Below are positions 32,968 through 38,499 of a stretch of DNA of 38,499 bases, in pieces. Under the pieces are notes generated by a model. That model was not told the DNA's origin. It ran no database searches and saw only the letters and a list, made by a program, of their open reading frames with translations. This DNA is from Emiliania huxleyi CCMP1516 (Eukaryota): positions 1-38,499 of the forward strand of contig NW_005202176.1 of assembly GCF_000372725.1 (NCBI RefSeq), in the 5' to 3' direction. Position numbers and translations under genes: made by a program. Within the stretch, counting starts at the first letter, position 1; every line of letters starts with the position of its first letter.

Positions 32968-34345
32968 TGCCCCCTCACCGACCTGGTGCCCCTTGAGCTT
33001 CTCGCGCGCGTCGTCTCTCGCTGCGACCCCGCCGACATCGCTCGCGTTGCGGCCGTCTCGCTGCTCTTTCACGCCTCACTCGCGGAGGAGGGCATCCGCT
33101 TGTGGGCGCAAGAGCGCGGCTTTGAGCTGCCGGCGCAGCCAGAGGGCGAGGGCTGCGCCGTGCGGTGGCTGTGCTTTGCTGCGCTGCTGTGCGAGTCCAA
33201 CCCGCCGGTGAATGCGGCGGCAGGCGATCAGCACAGCCTCTTCATCGACGGCGAGGGGCGGCTGTCGTCGTGCGGGTCAGCGCCGTCCTACGCTCCAGGG
33301 CTGCTCCAGCCCTTCAACCCATCGCTCCTCGGTCACGGCGAGGGCGTGGCGCGGCTCAACACGCCGACCCGCCTCCCGTCGATGCTGGGTGGCGAGTGCG
33401 CCGTGAGCGTGTCGGCTGGGCCTTTCCACAGTTTGACCATCACCGCCGACGGTGCTGTCTGGAGCTGGGGTCAGAGAGGCTTTGGCCAGCTAGGTCACGG
33501 TGAGCGGCAGGAGCAGGGGCAGCTGCAGCCAAAGAAGGTCGAAGCGTTAACTGGGCAGCGCATCGTCGCTGTGTCGGCTGGATCGTACCACAGCCTCGCC
33601 ATCACCGCCGGCAGTCTTTGGAGCTGGGGCGCAGGAACGTTGGGCCACGGCGACGAGCAGGACCAGCTGCTGCCCAAGAAGATCGAGGCCTTGGCGGGGA
33701 AGCGCGTCGTCGCTGTCTCGGCGGGATTCGCGCACGACCTCGCCCTCACCGCCGACGGCGCCGTCTGGGGCTGGGGCCGCGGGGGGGCGTAGGCCGGTTG
33801 GGCCACGGCGACCAGCAGGACCAGCTGCTGCCCAAGAAGGTCGAGGCCTTCGCTGACCAGCGCGTCGTCGCTGTGTCGGCGGGAGCTGCGCACAGCCTCG
33901 CCCTCACCGCCGACGGGGCCGTGTGGAGCTGGGGCGGTGGAGGCCTTGGCAAGCTGGGCCACGGCGACCAGCAGGTTCAACTGCTTCCGAAGAAGGTCGA
34001 GGCCCTAGCTGGCCAGCGCGTCGTCGCTGTGTCGGTTGGGTCCCTCCACAGCCTCGCCCTCACCGCCGACGGCGCCGTCTGGAGCTGGGGCTATGGAGGG
34101 CACGGCCGGTTGGGCCACGGCGACGAGCAGAACCAGCTGCTGCCCAAGAAGATCGAGGCCTTTGCTGGCCAGCGCGTCGTTGCCGTGCTGGCGGGAGCCT
34201 ACTATTGCCTCGCCCTCACCGCCAATGGCGCTGTCTTTACCTGGGGCAAGGGCGCATTCGGCTGCCTAGGCAGCGGCGACCAGCAGAACCAGCTGCTGCC
34301 GAGAAGAGGATCGAGGCGTGGGTGCAGGCCGGCCGTGAGGTTTAG
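32968..34345 (+). pseudogene. F-box-like + RCC1-repeat protein, frameshifted
   Basis: F-box-like LTDLVPLELLARVVSRCDPADIARVAAVS. About 6 RCC1 repeats (VSAG..HSLALTADGAVWSWG...GxLGHGD). Frameshifts at the G run (33781-33788) and near 34303. No in-frame ATG seen. Confidence 0.85.
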
Positions 34346-34769
34346 AGAGAAGCGCCAGCTCCTCCGTAAGCCTCCACAACAGTTTCCTGCAGCCTGCCTC
34401 GCTCGCGGGATGAGATCCATTCCTTCTTCGCGAAGCCTACAGAAAGGGGAAAGATTTTTCCCGCGGCATCCCTCCATGGTGCCCCCCTCCCGCGGGAATT
34501 CTGTTCCTCTGTTAGTGCCAGTGGCGCCACAGTCCCGTGCCCACTCAATTCTCAAGTGTTGTGCGAGGGCTGCGGTAAATTTCTTTTTCTCGCGAATGGC
34601 CGATGCCCGCCCCCACAACGCCGCTCGCGCCGCCTCGCCGCCGCCGCCGCCGCCGCCGCACACTGGACACTCGCTACGCCGACCTTCCTTGTTCCTGCGC
34701 GGCTGGAGAACCTACCTACCTGCGCGGCTGGAGGCGGCTGCAGAAGGAACAGGCAGAGCCAGAGGTACC

Positions 34770-34892
34770 GCCCTTGAGCTTCTCGTGCGCGCTCTCTCTC
34801 GCTGCGACAGCCCCGCCGACATCGCCGCTCGCGTCGCGGCCGTCTCGACGCTGCTCTTCCACGCCTCGCTCGTGCTGGAGGGCATCCGCTTG
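34770..34892 (+). pseudogene. Second, truncated copy of the F-box-like 5' end of the RCC1 gene
   Basis: CCCTTGAGCTTCTCG...GAGGGCATCCGCTTG aligns to 32989-33102 and encodes LELLVRALSRCDSPADIAARVAAVSTLLFHASL. Confidence 0.8.
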
Positions 34893-35185
34893 CGAGATGA
34901 GAGTGCGGGCGCTGCCTCGCACAGCAGGTTTGGAGAGAGAGAGAGAGATCTCAGGTTTGGTGCAGGGAGGGGTGTGCTCGTGGGATGCTGGCGTCGCTGC
35001 TTGCTGCGCCCATCCACTGAGAGGTACGATAGAGGCGCGAGCTCCCCTGCGTGTGTGGGGGGGGGGGGGGGTGAGAGTGCGGGCACTGCCGTCAGGTTGG
35101 TCCGCTGCTAAGTTTTTCTTATTCGGCCCGCCCCCTCCGGCCGCTGAAGCGGACGGGGTGCGTCGGGTCTTCCATACGCGGGAGC

Positions 35186-38100
35186 ATGCCGCCATTCGCA
35201 GCGATCTTCGCCCTCGCGGCCAACATGAACGGCCGCTACTCGGTCAGCAGCGGCGGCCGGCATGACGTGCCATTCAACGACGATTACGCTTCGCGCGGCC
35301 TGGAGTACTTTGATGTCTGGTCGCCTGAGATTGCGACGCACTACGCGGAGGTATTCTGGACGGACATGGGCACGCACCCCATCCCGCCCGAGATTGTCCG
35401 CCGCTTCGCCAATAAGACGATGGCCATCGTCGGGTACGAGATGGACCAGGTGATGGTACAGCCAACGGGGAAGCCGGGCGTCCACCCGGAGAAGGACGTG
35501 TCCGTCCCCATCAACTGGGCATGTACGGGGCCCACCCCCGTTTCCGCCCGTTCTTGGTTCCCCTGAGCCCCCCCCCCCCCCCCCGCCCGCCCGCCCGCCC
35601 GCCAGACAACCATCACTACGAGACGTGGCTCCTCGGCGCCGCCGCAGAGATGGAGCGCGTCTCAGTCGACCCGAACGACGTGTCGTCGCACGGGGCGGCG
35701 ACGCGCATGGTCGCGCGGCACCGTGCCGGCGCCGCCGCCTCTCCCGACGGCGCCCCCTCCTCGCAGTGGTTCTCCGAGGGCAACGGCGGCGAGTCGCGCA
35801 AGAGCTTCCACGGCTACCCGGCCGGGTTCGCGCAGCTGGTCCACTCGCCGAGGGCGTGGCACACGACGCCGATGCAGATCGACATCCGGAACCGCGACTG
35901 CGGCGCCACCCCGGACGACGTGGCCCGCTGCTCCGGCCCGCACGGCTTCACGCCCGGCCCAGAGCCGCGCCAGGCGAGGCACGGCCTTGCTGTGGCCGGC
36001 CTCTCTTCACACGGTCGGTGACTCGTCCCATTGGCACCGCCAGGCGAGGCACGGCCTTGCTGTGGCCGGCCTCTCTTCACACGGTCGGTGACTCGTCCCA
36101 TTGGCACCGCCAGGCGAGGTACGGCCTGGCTGTGGCCGGCCTCGTGCCGGGCGGCCCAAAGGGGGGGGTGCCGGGCGCCACAAACTACTCTGGGCTGCTC
36201 GAGTGCCCCTGCAACGGCCGGTACGGAGGCGACCCCGCCTTTTACCCAGACGGAGGAAAGGGCGGCAGCCGCACGCGCGTGCTCACACACGACTTCAAGG
36301 GCGTCGCCGTCGGGGCGTGCGGCGCGGCGGCGAGCTGCAGCGCCTCGGGCCCGGCAGGGCGAGTCCAAGACCGCGTGTCCGCGAGATGTTCGCGCTCCCT
36401 CTCGCATAGGCGCACGTCCTCTCTGCGGAGGCGTGCTTCGGCGCCGTCGCCCAGCTCGGCGTCAACGCGACCTCCATCCGCAACGAGACGGCGCAGACCG
36501 CCTCCTCGCACCCTCTCGGCTGCTCGAGCACGCGCCTCGTCGGTGACGCGTCCACGACACGCTTCCCCCCCCCCCCCCCCCCAGGTGCACTCCTCGTCGC
36601 TGCCTCGCGGCTGCTCGGTCTCGCGAGACGCGCGCGGCGCCTCGTCCGCCACCTTCAACACGGCGCACTCGGCGGTCTCGTGCGAGGCGGGCGCGAGGCG
36701 GGTGGGGCAGGTGACCTCCCTCGTCGGGGTCACGCTCGGCATCGCCCTCGACGCCGCCTCGGACGCCGCCACGCTCACTCTCTCCGGCCCGGCGGGCGGC
36801 TGGTTCGGCGCGGGGCTCCACGCGCTGGTGATGGCCGACCAGCCATACACGATCGTGGTGGCGGGGGAGGAGGTCTTTGAGCAGAAGCTGGGCGCGCGCG
36901 GCGGGTGGGGGCTCTGCTCGTGCGGAGACACGTCCGCGACACGCCTCGGACGCGTCCTTTAGGCACGTGCGGCGAGGAGGCGCAGCACTGCGCGGGCACG
37001 CGCCTCGCCGCCTCCGTCACCGTCCTCTCCGACTCGGTCTCTGGCGGCGTGCGTACGGTGGAGATGTCGCGGCCTCTCAAGGGGCGGACGGACGACCACT
37101 ACTCCTTCTCGCTCGCCGCAAACACGACGCTCAACCTGATCACGGCGGTCGGCTACTCGCACGCCTTTGGACACCACAAGGCGCACCACCACTCTCCCCA
37201 TATCTCCGCATATCTCCGCATATCTCCGCATATCTCCTCACGCCTTTGGGCACCACAAGGCGCACCACCACTCTCCCCATATCTCCGCATATCTCCGCAT
37301 ATCTCCGCACATCTCCGCATATCTCCTCACGCCTTTGGGCACCACAAGGCGCATCACCACGCCACGCTCACCCTGACCGTAACCCTAACCCTAACCCTAA
37401 CCCTAACCCTTCGGACACCGCAAGGCGCACCACCACGCCACGCTCACCCTGACCGACGCGGCCGGGGCGCCGACCTGCGTCTGCGACCAAGGCGGCCGGG
37501 GCGACCTCTGCCACGACGGAGGCACGGGCTGCGCGCACTTTGTCAAGGAGTGCGCCCCGCCGCGGCACGACGCGGCCGGGGCGCACTACCCTTTCGGCGA
37601 TTTGCTCGAGCAGCGCAACCCGACCTGCAGCTCGATGTCGTACGCGGGGGGGCTGCGCTGCTGTGGCCACGGCCGCATCATGCTCGACGCGGACCAGCCA
37701 GTCCGGCCGGAGCTCCTCCGTTACCACCACAAGTACCGCTTCTGGTTCGAAGAGTACCTGCCCGCGCCGCGCGCGCACGCCGCGGTCCAGGCCCCCGCTG
37801 CGCCGTCTGGCGGCGGCGCGTCCCACCTCAACCTCGAGCGCATCTACTACATGACCGAGGCGAGCGCGGGGGAGTACGACGTGCCTCCCGCCTTCGCCAC
37901 GCCGTCCGTGCCGCTGCCGGGCTACCCGAGCTGGCCTCTCGGCGTCCCGACGCCCGGCACGAGCTGCACCGGCAGCTGCCCCACGCCGGAGCAGCCGAGC
38001 CGGTTCGGCGCCGACTGCGAGTGCGTGCACACGATCACGTACCACTGGAGCATCGACAACAAGAGCCTCATCTACGCGGGCGGCCACTGCCATGCGCCCT

Positions 38101-38426
38101 CGTGCCTCGACATCTCCCTCTACCGCAACGACACGGGCACGCCGCAGCTGCTCTGCCGACAGGCGACCAAGTACGGCGCCGGCGACGTCAAGCACGACAA
38201 GTTCGACGAGGCAGACTTCGTTGCCCTCCCTCCCTGCCTCTGGGAGGGAGAGGGGTCTCGACCCGGCGCCGTGGCTCGGGCCCAAGACGCCAATGGTGTC
38301 GGTCAAGCGAAACCGGAACACGCGCCTCGGACACTTTGGCGAGATGGCGAGCTGGGCAAAATGCGGGCGGTACCCCTTTCCCGCGGAACGGCGGGGAGGT
38401 TTGGCCAACCGCAAGGCCACGGGTAG
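35186..38426 (+). CDS. Putative secreted copper-monooxygenase-fold (PHM / stress-upregulated Nod19-like) protein with an internal DOMON-like domain, ~7 exons
   Basis: Spliced INWAY-NHHYE (intron 35523-35605). DOMON-like segment TLTLSGPAGGWFGAG..M...VEMSRPL...FGHHK. C-terminal YAGGHCHAPSC, LLCRQATKYG and GHFGEMASW. 3' frameshifts near 38245 and 38355 may be sequence errors. Confidence 0.7.
35968..36141 (+). repeat. 70-bp tandem repeat forming an intron
   Basis: CAGGCGAGG at 35971, 36041 and 36111. Confidence 0.9.
37158..37455 (+). repeat. Intronic repeats: duplicated exon junction, (CATATCTCCG)n and telomere-like (TAACCC)5
   Basis: CACC(A/G)CAAGGCGCA occurs 4 times; (TAACCC)5 at 37380-37409. 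Confidence 0.9.
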
Positions 38427-38499
38427 GGGGCGCGCTTCTTAGGAAGCTGCGGGGTCCCTTGGGAGACGCTTGGTGGGGGGCGCTCCTCCCCCCTTTCGT

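Noticed and set aside
35968..36141. Possible CRISPR-like repeat-spacer array
   Set aside because: The units are identical tandem copies with no unique spacers, inside a eukaryotic intron, and there are no cas genes.
37380..37410. Chromosome end
   Set aside because: Only five TAACCC units, located within an intron with coding sequence on both sides.

Overview
A very GC-rich eukaryotic genomic window with spliced genes, frequent GC-AG introns and (CCCTAA)n / 10-bp repeats inside introns. This style suggests a haptophyte such as Emiliania (Gephyrocapsa) huxleyi (inference). Genes: a coiled-coil/KH-like/RGG protein, TauD-like dioxygenase, class I glutamine amidotransferase, METTL21-type lysine methyltransferase, WW+ARM-repeat protein, PAN/apple + cyclophilin-like membrane protein, D-2-hydroxyacid dehydrogenase, and a copper-monooxygenase-fold (Nod19-like) protein with an inserted DOMON domain. 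Fragments or pseudogenes: Nudix, Ser/Thr kinase C-lobe, F-box/RCC1, and a frameshifted DUF3987/YfjI-like P-loop ATPase. The intergenic DNA is dense with mobile elements defined directly from their ends: (i) a 901-bp TRIM-like LTR element with identical 151-bp LTRs ending CG...CG rather than TG...CA, with a 5-bp TSD; (ii) a 1.67-kb TIR element flanked by CG; (iii) a 370-bp hAT MITE with an 8-bp TSD; (iv) a TTAA-flanked Kolobok-like foldback element with ~1-kb inverted arms and 359-bp tandem units spanning a 100-N gap. Exon boundaries were inferred by eye, and no database searches were run.
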